This document shows positions 1-8,891 of a DNA stretch of 32,000 bases, one piece after another. The position numbers and the translations under genes are program-made. The notes below the pieces were generated by a model, which worked only from the letters and a program-made list of their open reading frames with translations, did no database searches and was not told the DNA's origin. Within the stretch, counting starts at the first letter, position 1, and each line of letters opens with the position of its first letter. The stretch is from Acinetobacter wanghuae (GTDB lineage Bacteria > Pseudomonadota > Gammaproteobacteria > Pseudomonadales > Moraxellaceae), in assembly GCF_009557235.1 (NCBI RefSeq), contig NZ_CP045650.1:270001-302000 (forward strand), read 5' to 3'.

Positions 1-1248
1 AATAGCAATTCCAATAGCACACAAAACTCAATTAGTAGTTTTAATGGCAATGGCGTGAGTATTATCGCGGATCACACGCAAAACTCGATTGTGGTGAAAG
101 CTGATCCTCAGCTAATACGTGAGATTGAATCGGCGATTACTCAACTCGATATTCGTCGTCAGCAAGTACTCATTGAAGCGGCGATTATTGAAGTTGAAGG
201 CACAGATGCAGATCAACTCGGCGTGCAATGGGCTTTAGGCGACATCAGTAGCGGTATTGGTCTGATCAATTTTGATAATTTTGGGGCGAGTTTAAAAAGC
301 ATCGCCTCTGGTTATGCTTTGGGTGGTGGCGCAGGCGCTGCAAGTGCTGTGGGGAGCGGTGCATCGTTAATTCTAGGGGATTATAAAGAAGGTGCAGACG
401 GCTCACGCAAACTCTATGGCGCGATGATCCAAGCCTTAAAAGAAAATACAAAATCTAATTTACTGTCTACGCCGTCAATCGTCACGATGGATAATGAGGA
501 AGCCTACATTGTCGTGGGTGAAAATGTGCCTTTTGTGACAGGTTCGGTATCCACAGGTGCAGCGGGTGTTGCCAATCCTTATACGACTATTGAGCGTAAA
601 GATGTTGGTGTGACCCTTAAAGTCATTCCACATATTGGTGAAGATGGCACGGTACGTTTAGAGGTCGAACAAGAAGTTTCAGATGTCAAAGCCAATAAAG
701 GTCAAGCATCCGATTTGGTGACCAGTAAACGTGCGATTAAGACGTCAATTTTGGCAGAGCATGGTCAGACCGTGGTTTTAGGTGGCTTGATTTCCGATAA
801 CGTCAGTTATGGTCGGCAATCTATTCCCGGTTTAGGTGCAATTCCAGGCTTGGGTAAATTATTCCGATCAGAAGGCAAATCAAGTCAAAAACGTAATTTA
901 CTTATTTTTATTCATCCAACCATCGTGGGGGATAAAAATGATGTGCGTAAATTATCGCAGCAGCGTTATAGCCAACTGTATAGTTTACAACTCGCGTTAG
1001 ATTCAGATGGCAATTTTGCCAAACTGCCTGAAAATGTTGAAGATGTGTATCAGCAGCGCATTCCTGTCTCTAAATTGCCGCAACGTTCAAATTATCAAAC
1101 TGTACCGACGGCGCCAATTTCACAAACAGTCGTCACGACACCAGTTGCCATAGAACCGATGACACAAGTGCAACCGATTCAGCCGGTGCAGCATGTAGAA
1201 AAAACAAGAAATACGGTGACGACAACCACTTTGACACCAAACAACTAA
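1..1248 (+). CDS. gspD: Type II secretion secretin GspD, C-terminal part; the 5' end lies outside the window
   Basis: Frame 1 is open from base 1 (NSNSNSTQNSISSFNGNGVSII...), so track ORF 55..1248 only starts at an internal GTG. Secretin hallmarks are present: IRRQQVLIEAAIIEV, LLSTPSIVTMDNEEAYIVVGENVPFVTG, ERKDVGVTLKVIPHI, IPGLGAIPGLGKLFRS, NLLIFIHPTIV. Confidence 0.9.
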   Translation, partial: NSNSNSTQNSISSFNGNGVSIIADHTQNSIVVKADPQLIREIESAITQLDIRRQQVLIEAAIIEVEGTDADQLGVQWALGDISSGIGLINFDNFGASLKSIASGYALGGGAGAASAVGSGASLILGDYKEGADGSRKLYGAMIQALKENTKSNLLSTPSIVTMDNEEAYIVVGENVPFVTGSVSTGAAGVANPYTTIERKDVGVTLKVIPHIGEDGTVRLEVEQEVSDVKANKGQASDLVTSKRAIKTSILAEHGQTVVLGGLISDNVSYGRQSIPGLGAIPGLGKLFRSEGKSSQKRNLLIFIHPTIVGDKNDVRKLSQQRYSQLYSLQLALDSDGNFAKLPENVEDVYQQRIPVSKLPQRSNYQTVPTAPISQTVVTTPVAIEPMTQVQPIQPVQHVEKTRNTVTTTTLTPNN

Positions 1249-1311
1249 GGCATTCGGCATTTTTTTACGGCATGCTATGATAATTGGAAAGATTGAAGAG
1301 AAATAAAAGTC

Positions 1312-1962
1312 ATGACTTGGAAAATTCAGGCCATTAGCGGCGACTTGACTGGGCAAGAAATTGTGATTGATCGTGATCTGCTTATTGGTCGTCATCAAGA
1401 TGCAGATGTTGTATTAAAAGCGGCTGAAATCTCGCGTAAACATGCGGCATTTGTTCTTAAAGATCAGCAGCTTTACATTCAAGATTTGAGTTCATCGAAC
1501 GGTACCTTTGTGAATGATGTACGTGTCGAGAATGAGGTTGCGCTTAAAGAAGGCGATATTGTTCAATTTGCCAGTTTGAAATTTAGTTTGCTTGCCCCTG
1601 CGCCAGTATTGGACATTGAGCCTGAGCTTGAACAAACGGCTGCGAAAATTGTAGAAGAAGCGGATAAAACCCCAGCACAGCAAATGAATGAGCAAGGTAT
1701 ACCTGAGCTGAAAGAACGTGATACAAACGTTCAATTGACGCGTGACGGCATGCCAACTGCTGTGGGTATTCCAAAACCTGCACCAATCGCTGAAGGTATT
1801 GATATTCATGCGGTAAAACCAGAGCCAGTGCCAATTGCTGTGGAACAACCTGTGTCGCGTGTAGAAGAAACCAAAGAAGCACAAAAAAATGCATCTGTCG
1901 GTTTGGTTTCACTCATTACGCTGATTATTCTAGCCATTATTGCTTGGGTCTTATTTAAATAA
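1312..1962 (+). CDS. FHA-domain protein with a C-terminal transmembrane anchor
   Basis: The N-terminal ~95 aa fit the FHA pattern (IGRHQDADVVLKAAEISRKHAAF...SSNGTFVN...L.EGDIVQF). A Pro/Glu/Ala-rich linker follows, then a hydrophobic tail VGLVSLITLIILAIIAWVLFK at the extreme C-terminus. Confidence 0.75.
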   Translation: MTWKIQAISGDLTGQEIVIDRDLLIGRHQDADVVLKAAEISRKHAAFVLKDQQLYIQDLSSSNGTFVNDVRVENEVALKEGDIVQFASLKFSLLAPAPVLDIEPELEQTAAKIVEEADKTPAQQMNEQGIPELKERDTNVQLTRDGMPTAVGIPKPAPIAEGIDIHAVKPEPVPIAVEQPVSRVEETKEAQKNASVGLVSLITLIILAIIAWVLFK

Positions 1963-1982
1963 GCTGCGTATTGGTTACAATC

Positions 1983-2009
1983 AAGGCATGTTTCAAGCAT
2001 GCCTTTTTT
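1983..2009 (+). terminator. Rho-independent terminator after the FHA gene
   Basis: Stem aaggcatg / catgcctt (8 bp perfect) with loop tttcaag, followed by a T-run. The ATG at 1999 of the track ORF lies inside this hairpin. Confidence 0.7.
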
Positions 2010-2040
2010 ATGGCTGCTCAGAAATATAAAGAGGGTAAAG

Positions 2041-2709
2041 ATGTCAGTTGCACAGTTAGCACAGCGTGAAGTTATTCTGTTTGATCTTGATGGAACATTG
2101 GTAGATTCTGCTTCCGATTTATATCGTGCCATGAATATGAGTTTGAATGTCTTGCAGCTCCCCTTGGTTACTGAAGCTCAGGTTCGGACATGGGTAGGCA
2201 AAGGGACATCTCTGTTTTGCGAAAGTGTTCTGACGCATTTAACAGGCGGTGTCGATCAATCGCAACATCGACAACTGCTGAGTACCTTCTTGGACATTTA
2301 TAATGCTGAACCTTGTGTCGATACACAGCCTTTTGACGGCATTATTGAATTTTTAGAATGGGGTAAAGCACACAATAAAATCTTGGTCTGTGTGACCAAT
2401 AAGCCAGAAGCACCTGCACGCGGTATTTTAGAGACATTAAAGCTGAGCCATTACTTTGCCGATATCATCGGTGGTGATCGTTTTAGCGAACGTAAGCCGC
2501 ATCCACGTCAGTTATTGCATTGTGTTGAACATTATCAGGTCACAAAAGAACAAGTCTTGATGATTGGCGATTCATCCAATGATGTCGAAGCAGCACGTCG
2601 CGCGGGAATCGATTGTATTGTCGTAAGCTATGGCTATAATCATGGTGAAAATATAGCAGACTGTCAGCCACAACAGATTGTGGATGATCTACGAGAACTG
2701 CTTGCTTAA
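2041..2709 (+). CDS. gph: Phosphoglycolate phosphatase (HAD superfamily)
   Basis: HAD motif I is FDLDGTLVDS. Other family motifs are VTNKPE and GDSSNDVEAARRAG. I place the start at ATG 2041 (SD agaggg 5 nt upstream) rather than 1999, because 1999 lies in the upstream terminator. Confidence 0.85.
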   Translation: MSVAQLAQREVILFDLDGTLVDSASDLYRAMNMSLNVLQLPLVTEAQVRTWVGKGTSLFCESVLTHLTGGVDQSQHRQLLSTFLDIYNAEPCVDTQPFDGIIEFLEWGKAHNKILVCVTNKPEAPARGILETLKLSHYFADIIGGDRFSERKPHPRQLLHCVEHYQVTKEQVLMIGDSSNDVEAARRAGIDCIVVSYGYNHGENIADCQPQQIVDDLRELLA

Positions 2710-2817
2710 TTTAGGGTGTTAGGGAAATAAAATGAATAGTCGTAAGGTTTTTCGATGGCGTCGCTCAGTCCGATTTGATGTACACACTGAGTCAACCTAA
2801 TTTAAAGAGAAACCGAA

Positions 2818-4311
2818 ATGACAACACAAGCACAATTCCAAAACCTTGCTGCACAAGGCTACAACCTGATTCCTGTCTATCGCCAACGTTTGGCAGACAC
2901 TGAAACGCCACTGTCTGTTTTTGCCCGTTTAAAACAACACAAGCAAGCTTATTTATTTGAATCTGTTGAAGGCGGGGAAAACTGGGCACGTTATTCAATT
3001 ATTGGACTTGGTGAATCGACCGTCTTTTCCTGCAATGCAGGTGAATTAACGGTACAGCACGCTGACGGCTCAATTGAAAAGCAAGCTTGCTCAGATCCAT
3101 TTCAATACATTCGTGACTTCCAAGCACAGTTTAAAGTGCCCACACAACAAGACTTACCTGCATTGCCAAGCTTTACTGGCGGCTTGGTGGGTTACTTTGG
3201 TTATGATGCAGTGCGCTATATCGAGCCACGCCTTAAAAATGTTCCTGAAGCTGACCCAGTGGGATTACCCGATATATGGATGATGCTGTCGAAGACGGTG
3301 ATTGTATTTGATAACTTAAAAGATACTTTGTTCTTGATTGTGCATGCCGATGTGAATGATCCAGTAGCATATGAAAAAGCACATGAACAATTAGATGAAA
3401 TTGAAAATATCTTAGCCACGCCGATTAGTCTGAAAGCAGAAAAACACACTGCACCGCATTTTGAGTCTTTAACAGGGCATGATAATTTCTTGGCTTCCAT
3501 TGAAAAAGTCAAAGAATACATCCGGGCAGGCGATGTCATGCAAGTCGTGCCCGGGCATCGTATGGTGTCTGATTTTGATGGTGAGCCCTTACAGGTTTAT
3601 CGTGCACTGCGCCATCTCAATCCATCGCCGTATTTATTCTTAGTACAAGGGCAGACTTTAGAGAATAAAACCCCATTTCATATTGTCGGTTCTTCACCTG
3701 AAATTTTATCGCGTCTGGAAAATGGTATTGCCACTGTGCGTCCGCTTGCAGGGACGCGTCCACGCGGTAAGACCAAAGAGGAAGACTTGGCGCTTGAGCA
3801 AGATCTATTGTCCGATGAAAAAGAGATCGCAGAACATCTCATGCTGATTGACTTGGGTCGCAATGATGTTGGGCGTATTGCCAAAATAGGCAAAGTGCAA
3901 GTCACAGATCGTATGGTGATCGAACGTTATTCACATGTCATGCATATTGTGTCAAATGTACAAGCTGAAGTCCGCGATGATGTCGATGCTCTAGATGTAT
4001 TTAAAGCAACATTCCCTGCGGGCACGCTTTCTGGTGCGCCAAAAATCCGTGCTATGGAAATTATTGACGAAGTTGAGCCAGTTAAACGCGGAATTTTTGG
4101 TGGTGCTGTTGGTTATTTAGGCTGGCATGGTGAAATGGACATGTCGATTGCGATTCGAACCTGTGTGATTCGTGAAAATAAGGTCTATGTTCAGGCAGGC
4201 GCAGGGCTTGTTGCGGACTCAAATCCTGAATCTGAATGGAATGAAACCCAAATAAAAGCTCGCGCAGTGATCAAAGCGGTTGAATTATCATCAAATGGTT
4301 TGATTTTATGA
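2818..4311 (+). CDS. trpE: Anthranilate synthase component I
   Basis: 497 aa. Matches TrpE over its whole length, including LFESVEGGE, SPYLF, GSSPE, RPLAGTRPRG, LMLIDLGRNDVGR, TFPAGTLSGAPKIRAMEIIDE and GAVGY. Confidence 0.95.
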   Translation: MTTQAQFQNLAAQGYNLIPVYRQRLADTETPLSVFARLKQHKQAYLFESVEGGENWARYSIIGLGESTVFSCNAGELTVQHADGSIEKQACSDPFQYIRDFQAQFKVPTQQDLPALPSFTGGLVGYFGYDAVRYIEPRLKNVPEADPVGLPDIWMMLSKTVIVFDNLKDTLFLIVHADVNDPVAYEKAHEQLDEIENILATPISLKAEKHTAPHFESLTGHDNFLASIEKVKEYIRAGDVMQVVPGHRMVSDFDGEPLQVYRALRHLNPSPYLFLVQGQTLENKTPFHIVGSSPEILSRLENGIATVRPLAGTRPRGKTKEEDLALEQDLLSDEKEIAEHLMLIDLGRNDVGRIAKIGKVQVTDRMVIERYSHVMHIVSNVQAEVRDDVDALDVFKATFPAGTLSGAPKIRAMEIIDEVEPVKRGIFGGAVGYLGWHGEMDMSIAIRTCVIRENKVYVQAGAGLVADSNPESEWNETQIKARAVIKAVELSSNGLIL

Positions 4312-4340
4312 GTTTTTGCGGGTTTTTTTGAAAAAAACAC

Positions 4341-4368
4341 TTGCACGGATTCAAAGTTTTGCTAAACT
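4341..4368 (+). promoter_or_regulatory. Candidate sigma-70 promoter of the tRNA-tuf operon
   Basis: TTGCAC (4341-4346), 16-nt spacer, TAAACT (4363-4368). A GC-rich discriminator gcacaccg follows and an A/T-rich tract (tttttttgaaaaaaa) precedes. This layout is typical of stable-RNA promoters. Confidence 0.5.
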
Positions 4369-4409
4369 GCACACCGTTCCGATACGAAACGTACGAAACA
4401 CTAAGAAAC

Positions 4410-4485
<76 letters not shown>

Positions 4486-4538
4486 CTTAGAAGTTTTGAA
4501 GATGAGTTGAAAGAACGACACTGATGTAAGTGTAAAAT

Positions 4539-4622
4539 GGTGAGGTTCCCGAGCGGTCAAAGGGGGCGGACTGTAACTCCGCTACGAAAGTTTCGAAGGT
4601 TCGAATCCTTCCCTCACCACCA
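4539..4622 (+). tRNA. tRNA-Tyr (anticodon GUA), long variable arm
   Basis: Acceptor ggtgagg/cctcacc, anticodon stem gcgga/tccgc with loop ctGTAac, variable-arm hairpin cgaa/ttcg, T arm gaagg-ttcgaat-ccttc, 3' ACCA. Confidence 0.92.
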
Positions 4623-4660
4623 ATTTTAAGACTTCAAGAAGTGGATTGTACCAACATCGT

Positions 4661-4736
4661 GCGGGAGTAGCTCAGTTGGTAGAGCGGTAGCCTTCCAAGC
4701 TACATGTCGCGAGTTCGACCCTCGTCTCCCGCTCCA
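4661..4736 (+). tRNA. tRNA-Gly (anticodon UCC)
   Basis: Acceptor gcgggag/ctcccgc, D stem gctc/gagc, anticodon stem gtagc/gctac with loop ctTCCaa, T loop ttcgacc, 3' TCCA. Confidence 0.92.
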
Positions 4737-4754
4737 TATTGAAGTACTTATTAT

Positions 4755-4829
<75 letters not shown>

Positions 4830-4977
4830 GATTACAGTTTAGCAATTTTGATTGCACAAGATTCCGAAAGCAGGCTATTTAGTCTGCTTTTCAAGTATCT
4901 GAAGTTTGGTTTTTTAACGACATGTCGGAGCTGAGTTTTACTCAGAATTGTGTTCGACGTAAACGAGGAGTATTAAC

Positions 4978-6166
4978 ATGGCTAAGGCTAAGTTTGAACG
5001 TAATAAGCCACACGTTAACGTGGGCACAATTGGTCACGTCGACCATGGTAAAACAACTTTAACAGCTGCAATTGCAACTGTATGTGCAAAAACTTTTGGT
5101 GGCGAAGCGAAAGACTACGCTGCAATTGACTCTGCACCTGAAGAAAAAGCACGTGGTATTACAATTAATACTTCACACGTTGAGTATGACTCAGTTATTC
5201 GTCACTACGCACACGTAGACTGCCCGGGTCACGCCGATTATGTTAAAAACATGATTACTGGTGCTGCTCAAATGGACGGCGCGATCCTTGTATGTGCTGC
5301 GACTGATGGTCCTATGCCACAGACTCGTGAACACATCCTTCTTTCTCGTCAGGTAGGTGTACCTTACATCGTTGTATTCTTAAACAAATGCGACTTGCGA
5401 CGACGAAGAGCTTCTTGAACTAGTTGAAATGGAAGTTCGTGAACTTCTTTCTACTTATGACTTCCCAGGTGATGACACTCCAATCATCCGTGGTTCAGCT
5501 TTAGCTGCACTTAACGGTGACCAAGGTCAATACGGCGAGCCAGCAGTAGTTGCTCTAGTTGAAGCACTTGACTCTTACATTCCAGAACCAGAACGTGCAA
5601 TCGATAAAGCATTCTTGATGCCAATCGAAGATGTATTCTCTATCTCTGGTCGTGGTACTGTGGTAACTGGTCGTGTTGAATCAGGTATCGTTAAAGTAGG
5701 CGAAGAAGTAGAAATCGTTGGTATTAAAGATACAGTTAAAACAACTGTAACTGGCGTTGAAATGTTCCGTAAATTGCTTGACGAAGGTCGTGCAGGCGAG
5801 AACTGTGGTGTTCTTCTACGTGGTACTAAACGTGAAGACGTTCAACGTGGTCAAGTATTGACTAAACCAGGTGCGATCAAACCGCATACTAAATTCGACG
5901 CAGAAGTATACGTACTTTCTAAAGAAGAAGGTGGTCGTCATACTCCGTTCCTTAACGGCTATCGTCCACAGTTCTACTTCCGTACAACTGACGTAACTGG
6001 TGCAATCGCTCTTCAAGAAGGCGTTGAAATGGTTATGCCTGGTGACAACGTAGAAATGTCAGTAGAATTAATCCACCCAATCGCAATGGACGCAGGCTTA
6101 CGCTTCGCAATCCGTGAAGGTGGTCGTACTGTTGGTGCTGGTGTTGTAGCTAAAGTTACTGCATAA
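4978..6166 (+). pseudogene. tuf: Elongation factor Tu gene interrupted by a frameshift (apparent 2-nt deletion between 5397 and 5398)
   Basis: Track ORFs 4978..5418 (frame 1) and 5429..6166 (frame 2) together form one EF-Tu. Frame 1 reads ...FLNKCDL then RRRRAS-stop. Frame 2 from 5399 reads [17 protein letters not shown]. Adding 2 nt restores 1191 nt, which is 396 aa. Confidence 0.85.
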
Positions 6167-6183
6167 TCGCAAAAAATAATATG

Positions 6184-6215
6184 ACAAGTTGGGGCTTCGG
6201 CCTCAACTTGTTTTT
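6184..6215 (+). terminator. Rho-independent terminator after tuf
   Basis: 12-bp stem acaagttggggc / gcctcaacttgt (one G-U pair), loop ttcg, then TTTTT. Confidence 0.8.
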
Positions 6216-6285
6216 GTAGTTTAGTTGGTGGCGTGTCGGTGTCTAAAACCGAATGTTGGGTGAGTGAGTATTTCCTGACCTGCCA
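6216..6285 (+). pseudogene. Degenerate tRNA-Trp-like sequence (relic) lacking a 5' acceptor strand
   Basis: Aligned by hand without gaps, about 50 of 70 positions match E. coli trpT from position 7 as I recall it. Shared blocks are TAGTT.A.TTGGT, CGGT.TC.AAAACCG..TGTTGGG and CCTGCCA. The anticodon stem tcggt/accga is intact with loop gtCTAaa. The D and T stems are mostly broken and the T loop is agtgagt, with no TTC. Confidence 0.45.
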
Positions 6286-6303
6286 AGTTTTTATAAAAGA
6301 CGC

Positions 6304-6331
6304 TTGATGTTGGTAAAACTGGTCATATAAT
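6304..6331 (+). promoter_or_regulatory. Candidate sigma-70 promoter for secE-nusG
   Basis: TTGATG (6304-6309), 16-nt spacer, TATAAT (6326-6331). It lies 30 nt upstream of the secE ATG. Confidence 0.45.
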
Positions 6332-6360
6332 AAGTCGCGAAACCTACGACGAGTACAAAA

Positions 6361-6801
6361 ATGTCGAATGATAAAACACGTGACGCATTAAGCGAAGCGG
6401 CAATTCCTCAAAGAAATAATCCTGCTGAAGATGTCAACGCTGGTTCTCCATTAGATATAGTTCTATGGATTATCGCTTTGATTTTACTCGTTGGAGCCAT
6501 GATGGTGAATGGATATTTGCCAGCATATTGGGCACCAGCGAATGATATCTGGGTTCGCGTTGGGGTAATTTTGGCTTGTATCGTTGTGGCTTTAGGTTTA
6601 TTATACGCCACCCATCAAGGCAAAGGCTTTGTTCGTCTTCTCAAGGATTCGCGAACTGAGTTACGTCGAGTGACCTGGCCGACTAAACAAGAAACTGTGA
6701 CCACATCTTGGCAAGTTCTTGTAGTCGTAGTCATTGCAGCAATTTTATTGTGGTGCTTTGATTATATTTTAGGCTGGTTAATGAAGTTTATTATCGGGTA
6801 A
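6361..6801 (+). CDS. secE: Preprotein translocase subunit SecE
   Basis: 146 aa with three hydrophobic segments. The conserved C-terminal part is [23 protein letters not shown]. It sits immediately upstream of nusG. Confidence 0.9.
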   Translation: MSNDKTRDALSEAAIPQRNNPAEDVNAGSPLDIVLWIIALILLVGAMMVNGYLPAYWAPANDIWVRVGVILACIVVALGLLYATHQGKGFVRLLKDSRTELRRVTWPTKQETVTTSWQVLVVVVIAAILLWCFDYILGWLMKFIIG

Positions 6802-6808
6802 GAGAGCT

Positions 6809-7342
6809 ATGAAACGTTGGTACATTATTCATGCTTATTCAGGCTATGAAAAACAGGTGTTACGCTCACTTAATGATCGAATCCAGCGCAGCGCTGTAGC
6901 CGATAGCTTTGGTGAAGTCCTTGTCCCTACTGAAGAAGTAGTGGAAATGAAGGATGGTAAAAAGCGTAAATCAGAGCGCAAATTCTTTCCAGGCTATGTA
7001 TTAGTCGAAATGGAAATGAATGATGAGACCTGGCACATTGTTAAAGAATGTCCAAAAGTTTTAGGCTTTATTGGTGGCACGGCTGAAAAACCGGCACCAA
7101 TTACGCAAAAAGAAGCTGATGCGATTCTTGCACGTGTACGCAATACTGGTGAAGCACCTCGTCCTAAGACGATGTTTGAACCAGGCGAAGAATTACTTGT
7201 TATAGATGGTCCATTCACCGACTTTAAAGGCGTGGTGGAAGAAGTTCTATACGAGAAGTCACGTTTAACGTTGACAATTAATGTATTTAACCGACCTACT
7301 CAGGTTGAACTGGAATTTCGTCAAGTCGAAAAATCAGTTTAA
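6809..7342 (+). CDS. nusG: Transcription termination/antitermination factor NusG
   Basis: 177 aa. Motifs: [26 protein letters not shown] and a KOW region ([21 protein letters not shown]). Confidence 0.95.
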   Translation: MKRWYIIHAYSGYEKQVLRSLNDRIQRSAVADSFGEVLVPTEEVVEMKDGKKRKSERKFFPGYVLVEMEMNDETWHIVKECPKVLGFIGGTAEKPAPITQKEADAILARVRNTGEAPRPKTMFEPGEELLVIDGPFTDFKGVVEEVLYEKSRLTLTINVFNRPTQVELEFRQVEKSV

Positions 7343-7360
7343 GCACTGTAGGTTGAAAAC

Positions 7361-7394
7361 GCCTGACTTATTTATGCGTCAGGCATTGTTGTTG
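7361..7394 (+). terminator. Weak stem-loop or attenuator after nusG
   Basis: 7-bp stem gcctgac / gtcaggc with a 10-nt loop, followed by the T-rich attgttgttg. This is not a strong terminator. Confidence 0.35.
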
Positions 7395-7462
7395 TAACGG
7401 TAATCGTTACTTAGAATCATTGGGGAGCCTTAATCGGCGTTTGCACCCAGAGGTATTTTGAA

Positions 7463-7891
7463 ATGGCTAAGAAGATTGACGGCTATATCAAGCTGCAAGT
7501 TCCAGCTGGTAAAGCGAATCCATCTCCACCGATTGGTCCTGCACTAGGTCAACGTGGTGTAAACATCATGGCTTTCTGTAAAGAATTCAATGCTGCTACA
7601 CAAAAACTTGAAGCTGGTCTACCAATTCCAGTCGTGATTACTGTGTACAACGACAAGTCGTTCACATTCATCATGAAAACTCCACCTGCTGCGATTCTTC
7701 TTAAGAAAGCTGCTGGTATCCAAAAGGGTTCTGCTGTACCAAACAAAACTAAAGTTGGTAAGTTGACTCGTGCTCAATTGGAAGAAATTGCGACTACTAA
7801 AGAACCAGATTTAACTGGTGCTGATTTAGACGCGCGTGTACGTACCATCGCTGGTTCTGCACGTTCTATGGGCTTGGAAGTGGAGCTTTAA
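7463..7891 (+). CDS. rplK: 50S ribosomal protein L11
   Basis: 142 aa. [36 protein letters not shown]... is canonical L11. Confidence 0.97.
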   Translation: MAKKIDGYIKLQVPAGKANPSPPIGPALGQRGVNIMAFCKEFNAATQKLEAGLPIPVVITVYNDKSFTFIMKTPPAAILLKKAAGIQKGSAVPNKTKVGKLTRAQLEEIATTKEPDLTGADLDARVRTIAGSARSMGLEVEL

Positions 7892-7894
7892 GAC

Positions 7895-8590
7895 ATGGCT
7901 AAATTAACTAAACGTCAAAAAGCGATTGTTGCCGCTGTTGAAGCACAAAAAGTTTACACTTTGGAAGAAGCTGTAGCAGTTATTGCAAGCCTTCCTGCGC
8001 CGAAATTCAAAGAATCTTTGGATATCGCTGTAAACCTTGGTGTTGATCCACGTAAATCTGATCAAGTTGTTCGTGGCGCGACTACACTTCCTGCAGGTAC
8101 TGGTAAAACTGTACGTGTAGCTGTATTCGCTCAAGGCGCTGCTGCTGAAGCTGCTAAAGCTGAAGGCGCGGACATCGTTGGTTTTGACGATCTTGCTGAA
8201 AGCATTCAAGCAGGTAACCTTGACTTCGACGTAGTAATTGCTGCTCCAGATGCAATGCGCGTAGTTGGTAAATTGGGTACGATTCTTGGTCCACGTGGCT
8301 TAATGCCTAACCCTAAAGTGGGTACGGTTACTCCTGACGTAGCAACTGCAGTTAAAAATGCAAAAGCTGGTCAAGCACGTTACCGCGTAGACAAAGCTGG
8401 TATTATCCATGCTGCGATCGGTCAAGTAGGTTTCACTGCTGAAGCTGTTCGTTCAAACGTTGAAGCACTTATCGCTGACCTTAAGAAAGCAAAACCTGCT
8501 ACTTCTAAAGGTATCTACATTCAAAAGATCACTTTGAGCTCAACTATGGGTCCTGGTTTGATCGTTGATGTAGCAAGCGTTTCTAAATAA
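7895..8590 (+). CDS. rplA: 50S ribosomal protein L1
   Basis: 231 aa. [10 protein letters not shown]..., [21 protein letters not shown] and [15 protein letters not shown] are canonical L1. The gap after rplK is 3 nt. Confidence 0.97.
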   Translation: MAKLTKRQKAIVAAVEAQKVYTLEEAVAVIASLPAPKFKESLDIAVNLGVDPRKSDQVVRGATTLPAGTGKTVRVAVFAQGAAAEAAKAEGADIVGFDDLAESIQAGNLDFDVVIAAPDAMRVVGKLGTILGPRGLMPNPKVGTVTPDVATAVKNAKAGQARYRVDKAGIIHAAIGQVGFTAEAVRSNVEALIADLKKAKPATSKGIYIQKITLSSTMGPGLIVDVASVSK

Positions 8591-8891
8591 GTTTCGACTT
8601 ATTACAGAATTTTAAAGCCCTGAGTAACATTTGAAGCACTGCTTCAAATGTTACGCAAGAAACGCTCCGTCGTATTTTGCAAACTTAGGCAAACTTTGAA
8701 TTGATAAATATTTGTTTATCAGCGTCAAAGACCTCAGGCGAGGGGAGTTTTATGCTTCGCTCTTAATATTCCAGCCTGCGTAGACGCGGTGGTGTGATTT
8801 TGTTCATCCTCCGCGTGTGTGTCTAGCAATAGACTCACGAACTGGGAGTGTGCTTTGTAAAGCACATAAATCACCGTTAGGAGGTTTTACA
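8591..8891 (+). promoter_or_regulatory. rplJ (L10) leader region, probable L10-L12 autoregulatory leader plus the rplJL-rpoBC promoter
   Basis: 300-nt untranslated, hairpin-rich spacer. It has a perfect 14-bp stem gtaacatttgaagc/gcttcaaatgttac at 8624-8654 and a hairpin tgtgcttt/aaagcaca just upstream of the SD. In E. coli the equivalent leader binds L10(L12)4. The assignment is by position and analogy only. Confidence 0.5.
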
